Below, in pieces: positions 35,535 through 48,604 of a stretch of 64,000 nt of DNA. Source of the DNA: Eledone cirrhosa (Eukaryota). The notes beneath the pieces were generated by a model. It searched no databases, was not told the origin of the DNA, and saw nothing but the letters and a program-made list of their open reading frames with translations. The number at the start of each line of letters is the position of its first letter. Position 1 is the first letter of the stretch. The stretch lies in assembly GCA_964016885.1 (NCBI GenBank), contig OZ024740.1:17670001-17734000 (forward strand). Direction: 5' to 3'. A program made the translations under genes and the position numbers.

Positions 35535-35545
<11 letters not shown>
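34786..35545 (+). mobile_element. Non-coding hammerhead-bearing unit (~701 bp period) with ~55 bp terminal redundancy; retrozyme-like or solo PLE pLTR
   Basis: GGAAATA(G/C)TGTATATATTT(T)ATCTAATGGTTCTTTG(T/G)ACTTACA at 34790 and again at 35491; hammerhead inside; bounded by (GA)n and (TA)n. Confidence 0.55.
35146..35244 (+). ncRNA. Type I hammerhead ribozyme (design A)
   Basis: CTGATGA 35159-65; stem II GTTCC/GGAAT; GAAA 35218-21; near-palindromic stem III ACCCACCGGTTGGT; GUA cleavage triplet ending 35235; stem I TCTC/GAGA extended by TCTGG/CTAGG. Confidence 0.75.
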
Positions 35546-35603
<58 letters not shown>

Positions 35604-35736
35604 AGCAATGTGTTATTTAATTGTTGGTTATTCAACAAATTTAGTTTATAACAGATTCGAAGCACTCTACACATTTCTTCTGGAGTATAATATCAATAAT
35701 ATTAATAAATGGAAACTATCTTTATAAAACCATATT

Positions 35737-35798
35737 TATTTTATTATATATATTTCAAGGGTACCAACATTTTTGGTACGCTCTCATCAGATAAAATA
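35737..35798 (-). ncRNA. Minimal type I hammerhead ribozyme (design B)
   Basis: Minus strand reads TATTTTAT-CTGATGA-GAGcGTACCAA aaatg TTGGTACcCTT-GAA-ATATATAT-A-ATAAAATA: perfect 8-bp stem I and palindromic stem III. Confidence 0.85.
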
Positions 35799-36994
35799 TA
35801 AAAGTTGTTTTACAGATAGTGACATATTCAAAACAAGAACTTATCGTTTTAAGTTCTGTTTGAATAGTGTAAAAGAATTTCAAATCTTAGGATGAATATG
35901 CTAATGAGGATAACGTTAAAACTGAAAAAGATCGTTATATTTAGACGCTAGGTAAGTTTAAATAATTATTAGGATTATTTTTTAAGGGAAGAGGAGAAAG
36001 AGGTTAATATTAGGGTGGAAGAAATTTAAGAAAAAAGTATATTAGAGTTAGAAATAGACTATTAATATTAATATATGTATATAAATTGTATGGAACATAT
36101 TTATGAGGGTGTTGAGAAAGTGAAATAATTATATTTAATTATATATTTTGGGAGTATCTATAATATAATGTGAGAATTATAACTGTGTTAAAGTGGGAGA
36201 ATATTCATTTAAAAAGTGAGAGATATATTGTATTCATATATATGATTGGGTCTATTCTAATGGGATCTATTCTAATTGGGTCTATTCTAATATTATAAAG
36301 ATAGTATTTATAAGTATATTTTGTAAAGATTAGAGTTGTAAGTATATTTTATTTTATTATATTACAACAGGTTATTTATATATAAATAATTTTGGTGAGT
36401 ATATATGTTGTTTTTATTAATAGATCGATAATTTAAATATTTTTTATATATGAAATGTTACGATAAATTTTTGTTTACATTTTCAATATGTTTTAAGAAA
36501 CAGGAAGTAGTTCTATTTTATTATAGAAGATTATTTTGTACATTCAATAGTTGCATCAAGATAGGAATAAATTTACGAAATTAAAAAAAAATTTAATATT
36601 TACTTAGAAAAAATGTGTAAGCGTTGCACAGTTCAAAGGAAAAGATAACTCTAAAATTTCTTAGTTAAAATAGTTAAGTTATATTTACCGCTTATTCTAG
36701 AATTTACTTTAAAAAATATTCTAATTATCATATATGGAAAAATTATTTTATATATGATTTTATAGTATCATATATTACGTATTTTCTAAGATAAAAATGT
36801 TTATGAGTCTATTAGGAAGAAATTCTACAGACATCAAAAGTAAATTCGAAAACATCATTAAAACCATCACAAAAAAATACATTCAAAAATATCATTTAAA
36901 AAAACATCACAAAAACAGCTATAAAGCACGGCGAAGACATAAAAAATGTAAACAGGTGAGATATAGAGACTATAGATAATATTTTCTATAGATT

Positions 36995-37830
36995 ATAGAT
37001 ACTTCCAAAAGTCTTAGGCGGACGATGTCTGCAGGAGTTAAATAATTCTTTCTTTTTATTTATAGTGTTTTTTTGATTGGAAACTATGTGGAATATTTCT
37101 TCAATACTAAATGACAAATTCTTGAGAGAGCCATATTTCGGTATGTGGGCGCTTCTCGAAATCATTATCCAAGAGATCGAATAATCAATACGAGGTTGAA
37201 TTTGCCTTTAATCCTTACGGGGTCGATAAAATAAAGTACCAGTAATGCACTGGGTTATTGCTGGCCTTGTGCCTGAAGTAGAAACAATTATTGTCTTTTA
37301 AGTACCAAATTACATGTGAAAGTGATGTTGAGAATTTTTTGTCCAATCTATTAAATGTATGTTTACCAGCGTTCCTTAAATTTTGTAGAAGTGGCTCCTA
37401 TATAGTTATATAATTTATCTCTAGTTTTTACTGTGCATTTGTATACTAAGTTTTTATCTAGACAATTATTCTGAAAAGGAAAACTTAATTCGTTTCTACA
37501 GTTACATTTTCTAGAGTTGTTGTCTATAGGAATGGTACGATTATTATTAGTATTGTTATTAGTAATATTATTATTGTTATTTTGGTTTATTTGGGTTGGG
37601 TTTAAATTTAAGTTTCTATTATTAATTCTATTAATATTTTGTGCTATGTTCATAGTAGTAGAGTAAGATAGTTTGATAGTATGTCTGTTAAAAATAGAGT
37701 GCTATCTATGGGATTTAGGAAAACACTTATCTAATGCGTTGAAAAATAGGTTTGCTACAGGTGTTTTAATTCCTAATGAGATTGGGGAGAGTACCAAATA
37801 ATATTTCTAGTTCTTCTTCTAGTTCTTTGC
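36995..37830 (-). pseudogene. PLE linker plus GIY-YIG endonuclease, with stops and a SINE insertion
   Basis: ORF 37363-37653 has CNCR, VYKC and YIG motifs; the C-terminal INKKKELFNSCRH is readable near 37025-37065. Confidence 0.8.
37191..37292 (+). mobile_element. 5'-truncated SINE (family 1)
   Basis: GCCTTTAATCCTTACGGGGTCGATAAAATAAAGTACCAG...GGCCTTGTGCC...GTAGAAACAATTA, matching the full copy at 58098-58284. Confidence 0.85.
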
Positions 37831-37935
37831 GAAAGGCGCGTAACAGGTTGATACACAAAATATTATATATACTCTGCCTGTGCATCAAGTGCTTCCTTTG
37901 GTACTCCAACCAGTAATTCCCTGAATCACATACAC

Positions 37936-39493
<1,558 letters not shown>

Positions 39494-40609
39494 TGGTCTG
39501 ATAATGAAATCGACATTCTAATAAACACATGGCATTGCCTTTCCCAAACAGAAGACATACATGCTTCATCTCTGAACGACATTGCTAAACGTACAGTTCA
39601 ATTTTTGAAAACTCGATCTGAACAACAGATTCAAAATAAATTAAAGCAAATCGAAATTGCTTTTAAATTAATCAATAAACATTTGGATAAACTACGGTGT
39701 GTTTTCTCTTCGAATGCTGTCCAGCAGCAGCAACAACAACAACAGCAGCTACAACAGCAACAACAACAACAGCTACAACAACAACAGCAACAACAGCAAC
39801 AACAACAACAACGACAACAACAGTGTGAACCACTCCTTGATTCATCAACAATGGCCGATCTACTAAATGAAACTATTGACCCCCCAGTAGCCTCTGTCTC
39901 ACAGCATGAAACGCCACATCCTTTCTCTGGCCCAGCAGTCCAATCATCACCACTGCCAACATCTCTGCCTACTACTACTACTACAACATTTTTGTCTACT
40001 GCTATGTCAAGGAATTTACCTTCTAATACCAGAACAAGAACTCTCCCTCCCACAGTCCACAAAGGTCGTCAAATCCTACCCAAACCATCATCTACACCTC
40101 TCACAACACACACACCCACATACCCACCCACTCGAAACCCCATCATTTGCCGCTACTCTCTACGCTATAGAATATGTACGGATAGTGGCTGCAAATTCAC
40201 CCATTTACCTAGGACAAAACGATCTATCCCCACAAACAGCCACCACCATAATACATACTCTAATTTAACACCAACACAACCACCAATAACTCAAACAAGG
40301 AATCCACAAATCTGCCGTTTTTCCCTGCGAGACAGATTGTGTTTAGACCGGGATTGTCCCTTTACCCATCTCCCGGGGACCCGTCGGACAAATGAAAATA
40401 AAATTAAAAATAAAAGCAAAAACAAAAACCATAACCTACATAAAAATAACCACTACCACAGTCACCAACAGTCTTCTAAACAGGAAACTTCTTCCTCTTT
40501 TTTAGCCATAATGAATCTGGCAAAAGAACTGGAAAAAAACATTCGAGCTATCACCCAGCACCACCCTCCACTATCACCCCACTGCACAAACTCCCATTGC
40601 TGCCATTAA
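39494..40609 (+). CDS. LINE ORF1 (start missing): Myb/SANT-like N-terminus, polyQ, two CCCH zinc fingers
   Basis: [13 protein letters not shown]...IAKR...[13 protein letters not shown]; C-x8-C-x4-C-x3-H at 40148-40204 and 40313-40369. Confidence 0.78.
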   Translation, partial: WSDNEIDILINTWHCLSQTEDIHASSLNDIAKRTVQFLKTRSEQQIQNKLKQIEIAFKLINKHLDKLRCVFSSNAVQQQQQQQQQLQQQQQQQLQQQQQQQQQQQQRQQQCEPLLDSSTMADLLNETIDPPVASVSQHETPHPFSGPAVQSSPLPTSLPTTTTTTFLSTAMSRNLPSNTRTRTLPPTVHKGRQILPKPSSTPLTTHTPTYPPTRNPIICRYSLRYRICTDSGCKFTHLPRTKRSIPTNSHHHNTYSNLTPTQPPITQTRNPQICRFSLRDRLCLDRDCPFTHLPGTRRTNENKIKNKSKNKNHNLHKNNHYHSHQQSSKQETSSSFLAIMNLAKELEKNIRAITQHHPPLSPHCTNSHCCH

Positions 40610-43600
40610 CAAACAAACAAATTAACAACACACCAAAACAATTAAAACCATCCACTCTCGCCTCTACATTTTTGCTTAACGCCCAAGGCATCAGCCCTTC
40701 CACCAATACTCAAAAATGGAAGATCAAATTCCTGGAGGACTGGATTGATGTCCATCCAAACCACATCCCTTTCTTCATCCTCACTGAAACCCATCTCAGT
40801 AACCTCCACTTGGAAGCCGAGGTGAAAGTGAAAAATTTCAAAGCCATCCGTGCTGATCGCGCTGGCAGAAGAAAGGGCGGAACTGCCATTTATGTCCATA
40901 ATTCTTTCTCAACAGAGGCTATGAACATATTCACTAATGGATACTGTGAAGCAGTCACTGTATTCAGTCAAACCAACAACCTATTAGTAGTTGGGCTCTA
41001 TAGGCCACCCCAAACGCCTGTACCATGCTTCAAGGAATGCCTCAACAGCATAAAGTGTTTCATCCAAGAGTGTCACCCTGACAACATCTTAATGATGGGG
41101 GACTTCAACCTCCCCGGAGTTGACTGGTCCACAAACAGCCTGCCACCAGGTTCTTCTGCCTCAACCTCTGACAGGGAAGCTGTGGAATCGCTTCTTGACT
41201 TCATGGATGATTTCTTCCTATCCCAACTGGTGCTCGAACCAACGAGGTGCCACAAAAACGTCCTAGACTTAATTTTCAGCAATCACACTAACAATATCCA
41301 CAATATTGCAGTGGAGAAAACTCTACTCTCTGATCATGACATGGTTCTCTGTGATCTGAGATTCCACCGTCCAATATACAAACCCAATGTCATCTCTCCT
41401 GTCCATCCGTTTGACGCTATGGATTTCCACAATGCAAACTGGGAAGCGATCAGTCATGATCTTGCACATGTCGACTGGTCCTTCACGCACACTCATACAC
41501 CCACTAACATCAAAAAGTCCTGGCAGACATTTGTGGACACTGTTACAAACATATGTGCTAAACACACCCCATTAAGAACTATAAACAAATCTAAGAGCAG
41601 AATCCCTAGAAATAGAAAAACACTCATCAGAAAAATTAAGAGAACGAACAAAAAAATCAACAAGCTGAAATACTGTCAGCAGCAACACATCAACTTGACT
41701 GCCATTTCATCACTAGAGATTAAAAAACATAACCTCCAAAACAACATAATGTCCCTCATCAACAATAAGAGAAGAGCTGAAGAGGCCTGGGCCATTGAGA
41801 AGATCAAACTCAATCCCAAAGTGTTCTTTTCATTTGCAAAAAAACACAAAATCACTGGCTCTACTGTTGGCCCTCTAATTGATGAAAATGGCACTCTTCA
41901 AGACAATGCTAAAACCATGGGTGAGATACTGCAGAAACAATACTGCTCTGTTTTCAGCAATCCTGATATGGCCGATCTGGGCTGTATCGGCGATGTTACT
42001 CCCCATTACACCTTATCGGACATAACGTTTGGCGCCCCGATGTCTTGGCGGCAATAAAGGAAATCAAGCATAATTCAGCAGTAGGTCCCGATAGGTCCCT
42101 GCTTGTGTCTTGAAGGCGTGTCAACACCAACTTGCATCTCCTCTTGCCAATCTGTGGCGGAACTCACTGGATGCTGGATATGTGCCAGAAAACCTTCTAT
42201 CCCAGTCTGTTGTCCCAGTTTTCAAAAAGGGAAACAAATCCCTTGCCGTGAATTACCGTCCAATCTCACTCACCTCTCATATCATTAAGGTATTTGAGCG
42301 AGTGGTGAGATCGCGAATGACCCACTTCCTTGAGAGTAACAATATGCTGAACTCCAACCAGCATGGATTCCGTAATGGAAGGGATTGCCTGACGCAGCTA
42401 CTGCATCACTTTGATGACATTTTGAGAGCCTTGGGAGAGGGTTCCAACACTGATGTTATCTACCTTGATTTCAGCAAGGCCTTTGACAGGGTTGATCATA
42501 ACATTCTACTGAGAAAGCTGTCCAATATTGGTGTCACTGGAAAGCTGCTGCAGTGGATCAAGAGCTTCCTGTCAAACAGAACCCAACATGTTGTAGTTGA
42601 GGGAGTCAAATCAAGCCCAGCCAAAGTCAGTAGTGGGGTCCCACAAGGCACTGTGTTGGGCCCACTTCTCTTCATCATCTATATTAATGACATCACTGAC
42701 ATCATCAAACACAGCAACATTAAAATTTTCGCTGATGATTCCAAGCTCCAAAAGGTCATCAATGGCGTGGATGACCGGATAAGCCTTCAGTCAGACCTAC
42801 TGGCTGTTACCCAATGGGCAGAAAAGAACAACATGTTACTGAACGAAGACAAATTCGAACTGATCCACTTTGGAAAAGAGGATGCTCTGAAACTCCCGTA
42901 CTCCCTTCCCTCCGGGGAAACTCTCGTGGCATCTAACAACATCAGAGACTTGGGAGTAACCGTGGACAGCAACATAAGCTGGACCACGCATATAAGCAGC
43001 AAAGTTGACATGGCCCGCAGAATGTGTTCCTGGATCCTCAGAACCTTCCAGTCGAGAGATTCCCGCACCATTATCCTTCTCTTCTCTACTTTCGCCCGAC
43101 CACACCTTGAATACTGTTGTCCACTGTGGTCTCCCCACACGAAACAAAGTATCATGAAACTTGAAGCTCCTCAAAGGGCAATCACGAAAAAGATAGATGG
43201 CATGTCAGACCTTGACTACTGGCGTCGATTAGAAAACCTGAAACTTTACTCACTCCAACGTCGCCGTGAGCGTTATATTATCTGCATGATGTGGAAAATG
43301 TTCCATCATCACTGCCCAAATGATGTTGGCATCGCCTTCAAGATACACCCAAGGCTTGGGCCCCGTGCTATCCGTCCCATTCAAAAATCTAAATCGCAAC
43401 TCATAACAACAATACGGCACAATTATTTCACCTCAATCGGCCCTGCTCTCTTCAACATCACACCAGGACACGTCAAAACAGAAACTGACCACACAAAATT
43501 CAAGAAGTCTTTGGACAAATTCCTCCAAGTAATCCCGGACAAACCACCCACACCCGGATATGTCTCCGCAAACAGTAATTCTCTTCTCGAATGGGCCATG

Positions 43601-43615
43601 GTGCCCAAATCCTGA
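40480..43615 (+). CDS. LINE ORF2, AP-endonuclease plus reverse transcriptase; two 1-nt frameshifts near 42035 and 42095
   Basis: APE motifs LNAQG, LTETHL, GDFN, LDLI, SDH; RT motifs YRPISLTS, QHGF, YLDFSKAFD, GVPQGTVLGP, FADD, DLGV; C-terminal SLQRRRER. The frame is open from 40480. Confidence 0.9.
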
Positions 43616-43739
43616 ATTGAAAGACTTCGCCAGGTGGTGCTATTAAGTTAGACATGGCCTGGGCCAATACTGGCCAAAACATTTCAAAGTTATTCAAAGT
43701 TATATATATAGTATATATATATATATATAGTATATATAT

Positions 43740-44005
43740 GTGTTGTTTCCTTGAGCAAGACACTTTATTTCACATTGCTCCAGTTTACTCAGCTGTAGAA
43801 ATGAGATGATAGGACTGGGGTTCATATCATTCCACTGCAAAGTGGTCGTGGAGGTGCCACGGCAAAAAAGCACCCAGCACTCACTGTAAATGAGGTTGGT
43901 GTTAGGAAGGGCATCCAGCTGTAGAAATCAAGCCAGAATCAGTTCCCGTCCCACCCTTGCAAGCAGGGAAAAAGCGGACGTAAATGAAATGATGAAATGA
44001 TGATA
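43740..44005 (+). mobile_element. SINE-like composite: SINE-body fragment joined to an RTE-type 3' end with (GAT)-like tail
   Basis: CCTTGAGCAAGACACTTT...CTCAGCTGTAGAAATGAG followed by sequence matching the RTE 3' UTR at 53850-54118. Confidence 0.65.
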
Positions 44006-44024
44006 GTATATATATATATATATA

Positions 44025-44060
<36 letters not shown>

Positions 44061-44150
44061 TATATATATAGTATATATATATAGTATATATATATATATA
44101 TATATATACTCTTTTACTCTTTTACCTGTTTCAGCCATCCGATATATATA

Positions 44151-44229
<79 letters not shown>

Positions 44230-44343
44230 TATATATATATATATATATATATAGTATATATATATATATATATATAGTATATATATATATATATATATAT
44301 AGTATATATATATATATATATATATAGTATATATATATATATA
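44006..44343. repeat. (TA)n array containing a ~30 bp SINE-tail-like fragment (44109-44138)
   Basis: Seen directly; the fragment reads CTCTTTTACTCTTTTACCTGTTTCAGCCAT. Confidence 0.85.
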
Positions 44344-44419
44344 CCAAATCAACTTTTTAAATGGAAGTTGAAGTTGTAAGGTATGTCAAATCTATCTATT
44401 TATAAGACTGTTTATATTG

Positions 44420-44485
44420 TATTTTGTCTGATGAAGGCATACCATATTTTTAATATGATATCCCTGAAATATATATAATGAAATA
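44420..44485 (+). ncRNA. Minimal type I hammerhead ribozyme (design B) in a ~180 bp solo PLE terminal fragment (44344-44527)
   Basis: TATTTTGT-CTGATGA-AGGcATAcCATATT ttt AATATGaTATcCCT-GAA-ATATATAT-A-ATGAAATA; flanks are homologous to 35700-35810 in inverted orientation. Confidence 0.83.
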
Positions 44486-44550
44486 AATATGGTTTTATAA
44501 ATATAGTTTCCATTTATTTAATATCGTATATATATATATATATATATATA

Positions 44551-44587
<37 letters not shown>

Positions 44588-44774
44588 GATAAATCTACCA
44601 AAAGTTTACAGTAGTGTCCAATCCGTATGAAGAACTCAATGTAATCCGGATATCATGAAAAGAGAAGATGCATTCAAAAACTACTTTCGGTGAAAAATAA
44701 ACGGAAAACAGAGTCAAGATAAATTAATAAAATAATGAATAAACAAATAAAGTTCCTTATATTAAAAAAAATTC

Positions 44775-44912
44775 ATCATTTTACGATCGTTTCTAGGATA
44801 TATATGTGTTAGAGTTGGTATGCATATTCTATAGATCTATGTACAATATTTATACAAACTATCAGAGGGAATATACATACCTACACATATATATGCTGTC
44901 TTCAGAAATAAT
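44775..44912 (-). ncRNA. Type I hammerhead with a ~105-nt stem II (design C)
   Basis: Reverse complement of 49753-49893: CTGAAGA...GAA-ACGATCGT-A-AAATGAT. Confidence 0.65.
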
Positions 44913-45120
44913 TGTTTCTACTTTTGGCACAAGGCCAGCAATTAACAGTAGATTACTGGTACTTTATTTTATCGACCCCATAAGGATGAAAGGCAAAGTT
45001 AACCTCGGCGGGATTTGAACTCAGACTGTAAAGGGACGTAACTATGCTAGAAAGCATGGTGTCCAACTCTCTACCGATCAGAAATAATTGTTTTTACTTT
45101 AGGCACAAGGCCAGCAATCA
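44913..45120 (-). mobile_element. SINE family 1 copy plus a second 3'-tail fragment in tandem
   Basis: Box B (minus GAGTTCAAATCC) and central domain present; TCAGAAATAATTGTTT duplicated at 44902 and 45078. Confidence 0.85.
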
Positions 45121-45821
45121 CCCAATAATGATATTTGTTTATTGAAAAAACAAAGATTCAATACAATAGGTCTGTTTGGGAACAGGTTTTGAATTGACCA
45201 ATAGAGAGATAGTGAGGGTCAGGATAGTAATATAGTAGTAGAAGAACCTTAAATTATGGGTAGAGGAAGGTAGATTTCAGTTTTGGAAGGAAAAGAATAT
45301 TATGAATGAAGGATTATTTTAGGGAAGAAATAGGTCTTATGCTGACCTCAGAAATAATTTTGTTTGTTCATTGAATAAAACCAACAAAGATCTAATATAT
45401 TCTGTCTGTTTGGTAAGAGGTTTAGAATTAACCAATAGAAAGTTAATAATTGGCCAAATGGTAAAATAGTAGTAATTGAAGCTTATTTTAGGGGTGAAAA
45501 TAGGTCAGGTGGTCAGTAAAAGGTATACAAGCAGTTGCTGTTATAAAATAGTAATGCCAATACAAATATCTAAGGTGACTAAAATTTTAAGATAAGTATG
45601 TTAGTGAAAAAAATACATCTATGAAAAGAATATAAATTAATTTAATTGATGGGTATATTTATATTGATAAAATTATACTAATACATATAGATATGATAAA
45701 TAAGAGTTAGATGCAGTTGAAAAGTGCTGTTAAAGATGAGGGGAAATTAAAAGAATATAAAAATAATATATATATATACTTATATATATATACATATATA
45801 TACACATACACACACACATAT

Positions 45822-45914
<93 letters not shown>

Positions 45915-46134
45915 CATGCATATATACATACATACATATATATATACACACACACATACACACTTACATATACATATAATTATTTTGGGTGGGGGGGGAA
46001 TTAAATTTACTAGTGAGAAAATAATTATATATAGTTTTCAAGGAACATAGAGTCATAACCTGAAGTTAAAGCATTATATATGTTTACTTAATGGTATCAG
46101 TTTTAGGAAATGATAGTTGTAAGAAGGAAAGCAA

Positions 46135-46358
46135 AATTATGTAGTTCATCAGTAGTAGAATATTAATTATAGGTTAACTAAATTAAAAATAGTTTATATA
46201 TTAATTTCTAAAGTGTATATTAATTAGGTTTATAATATTTAAAGCAGAATTATGTAGTTCATCAGTAGTAGAATATTAATTATAGGTTAACTAAATTAAA
46301 AATAGTTTATATATTAATTTCTAAAGTGTATATTAATTCGGTTTATAATATTTAAAGG
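46135..46358. repeat. 113-bp tandem duplication spanning the PLE stop codon
   Basis: AATTATGTAGTTCATCAGTAGTAG... at 46135 and 46248; single copy in the mirrored arm. Confidence 0.9.
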
Positions 46359-47907
46359 TTTTTCTCAGTTTATGATTACACGATATTATTAATACCTGTC
46401 GCTTATTTAATAGGATATCCTTAGATTTCATTATTTCAAAAAGTTCTTGGGAACATAATCTACATTCATATCTACTATTTTGATAAGGGGTGGTGGCCCT
46501 TTTGAGCACACTCCAGGTCAGGTCATAATCTATATTCCTCTTTCTATAACTATTAATTATTTCAGCTAGAGATGTTGTATTAGCTAGTGCGGCATTTTTA
46601 AAACTATGTTTGTGGGTATTAAATCTTACCTTAAATTTGTTAGAGGTAGCTCCTATATATGAATAAATTGAGTCCTTAGTGTTAACTTTACATTTATATA
46701 CTATGTTATTAACAAGGCAATTTCCTTTTAATGGACAGTTTGCCTTGTTTCTACAGTTACAACTTTTCGTGAATCCTGTATCTGAGGAGATATTATGGTT
46801 AGTTTGATGTACTGGTGGTATACTCATGGTTTTTTTACATTTATATGCATTATAGGCACTTATATTTTGTTTTATGTTTTTGGTTGTTGAGAGGAGAATT
46901 TAACCGTTGGTCTATTTAAGATTTGATGGTATTTGTGGTTTGGCGGGACGTTTTTCTCTAGGATATTAAAGAATTTTTTAGGTATATTATCCTTAATTTG
47001 TAAATTAAATGGAGCATTATACCAAGTAACTCGTCTATTACGGTTTCGATGTTGTTTATTGTTTTTATAGGATGCATCCTGATGTTTATTAAGAGAATTA
47101 TTGTTAATGACCTCACCACACACATTTTTAGTTAGATTTATTGATTTAGGTGTTTTAGCTTGTTTATTAGGTGTTTTATTATTAACATTTATTAGAGTTG
47201 TAGGATGAGTAGTTTTTTGAGAGTTACTATACTGTATATTAGAAGAGTTAGAGAAATTTGGTTTTATGTTGGTGTTTTGGGGTATAGTGTGAGTGGCATT
47301 TAGGTGTGTATGTTTCATTTGGTGTTTGTTGGTAATATTAGGTTGTATGTTTGTAGTGTTATTGGTAGAAGGTATATATACTAATCTATTTTTGTGGCCA
47401 CTTCTAGCTAGAGCTTCGTTATAAAAGGTCGCATTTTTATCAAATATATCTTGGTTAGACGAAAGGTTAGAAATTCTAAGTGATATATTATATGCAAGGT
47501 TTTTAAGGATAGATTTAGGGTGATTGGATTGTGAGTGTATGTAGTGTAAATTTTGGTTGGGTTTATGGTAAGGTTGGTAGATACCCGTAGATAAGTCTAA
47601 TGTTATATCTAGGAAATTAACTACTTTACTTGTGTTTTCAAATGTAATATCTAGACTATAATAGTCTTTAAGGAAAGTTCTAATAAGCTTTTTATTTTTT
47701 TCTATCTCAGAGGCTAAGGTTATTGGAAAGAAGAAGACAGTCGTCACGATATAAACCACCTTTAAGGTGGGGAAAGGAAGCATTTATGTTAAAAAGAAGA
47801 AAGAGGCCCACAAGATCAGTAATTTGGGCAGAATCGCTTGAGCCCATAGTAATATCGAATAGATTATTATATGTGTTTCTGGTCCAGTATTCATTCTGAA
47901 ATTCCAA
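46333..47907 (-). pseudogene. PLE polyprotein remnant: reverse transcriptase plus GIY-YIG endonuclease
   Basis: TMGS and LYRDD motifs, VNFLDITLDL, YIHSQSNHP, RRVTWYNAPF, CNCR..CPL.GNC, VYKC...YIG, CRLC. Confidence 0.88.
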
Positions 47908-48085
47908 TAGTGTAAATTAAGGATAATATACCTAAAAAATTCTTTAATATCCTAGAGAAAAACTTCCCGCCAAACCACAAATACGATCAAATTTTAAATA
48001 GATCAACGCTTAAATTCTCCTCTCAACAACCAAAAACATAAAACAAAATATAAGTGCCTACAATGCATATAAATGTAAAAAAACC

Positions 48086-48604
48086 ATGAGTATACCACCA
48101 GTACATCAAACTAACCATAATATCTCCTCGGATACAGGATTCACGAAAAGTTGTAACTGTAGAAACAAGGCAAACTGCCCATTAAAAGGAAATTGCCTTG
48201 TTAATAACATAGTATATAAATGTAAAGTTAACACTAAGGACTCAATTTATTCATATATAGGAGCTACCTCTAACAAATTTAAGGTAAGATTTAATACCCA
48301 CAAACATAGTTTTAAAAATACCGCACCAGCTAATACAACATCTCTAGCTGAAATAATTAATAATTATAGAAAGAGGAATATAGATTATGACCTGACCTGG
48401 AGTGTGCTCAAAAGGGCCACCCCTTATCAAAATAATAGATATGAATGTAGATTATGTTCCCAAGAACTTTTTGAAATAATGAAATCTAAGGATATCCTAT
48501 TAAATAAGCGACATTCATCATCATCATCATCATCGTTTAACGTCCGTGTTCCATCGTGTAATCATAAACTGAGAAAAACCTTTAAATATTATAAACCTAA
48601 TTAA
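48086..48604 (+). pseudogene. PLE GIY-YIG endonuclease segment with an in-frame RTE-tail insertion
   Basis: Nearly identical to ORF 46333-46827, except HSSSSSSFNVRVP replaces QVLII. Confidence 0.85.

Larger units (their letters stand above)
35605..37850 (-). mobile_element. Decayed Penelope-like element, 3' portion (GIY-YIG region, AT-rich 3' UTR, hammerhead)
   Basis: Minus-strand RNIIWY...FNRHTIKLSYS...CNCR...VYKCTV...YIGATSTKFKERW; hammerhead downstream; boundaries approximate. Confidence 0.75.
39494..43702 (+). mobile_element. CR1/L2-group non-LTR retrotransposon, apparently 5'-truncated, inserted in (TA)n
   Basis: ORF1 plus APE-RT ORF2; short 3' UTR with a GGCCA-ATAC-TGGCC hairpin and (TTCAAAGTTA)x2 tail; (TA)n on both sides. 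Confidence 0.92.
44725..47910 (-). mobile_element. Penelope-like element, 5'-truncated (RT C-half, GIY-YIG, long 3' UTR)
   Basis: Frameshifted ORFs 47907-47707, 47783-46872 and 46827-46333; the 3' region is mirrored at 47915-49950. Confidence 0.88.

Noticed and set aside
35894-35942. CTAATGA...GAAAAAGATCGT hammerhead-like motif
   Set aside because: An essential core G is missing and the stem III register is broken.
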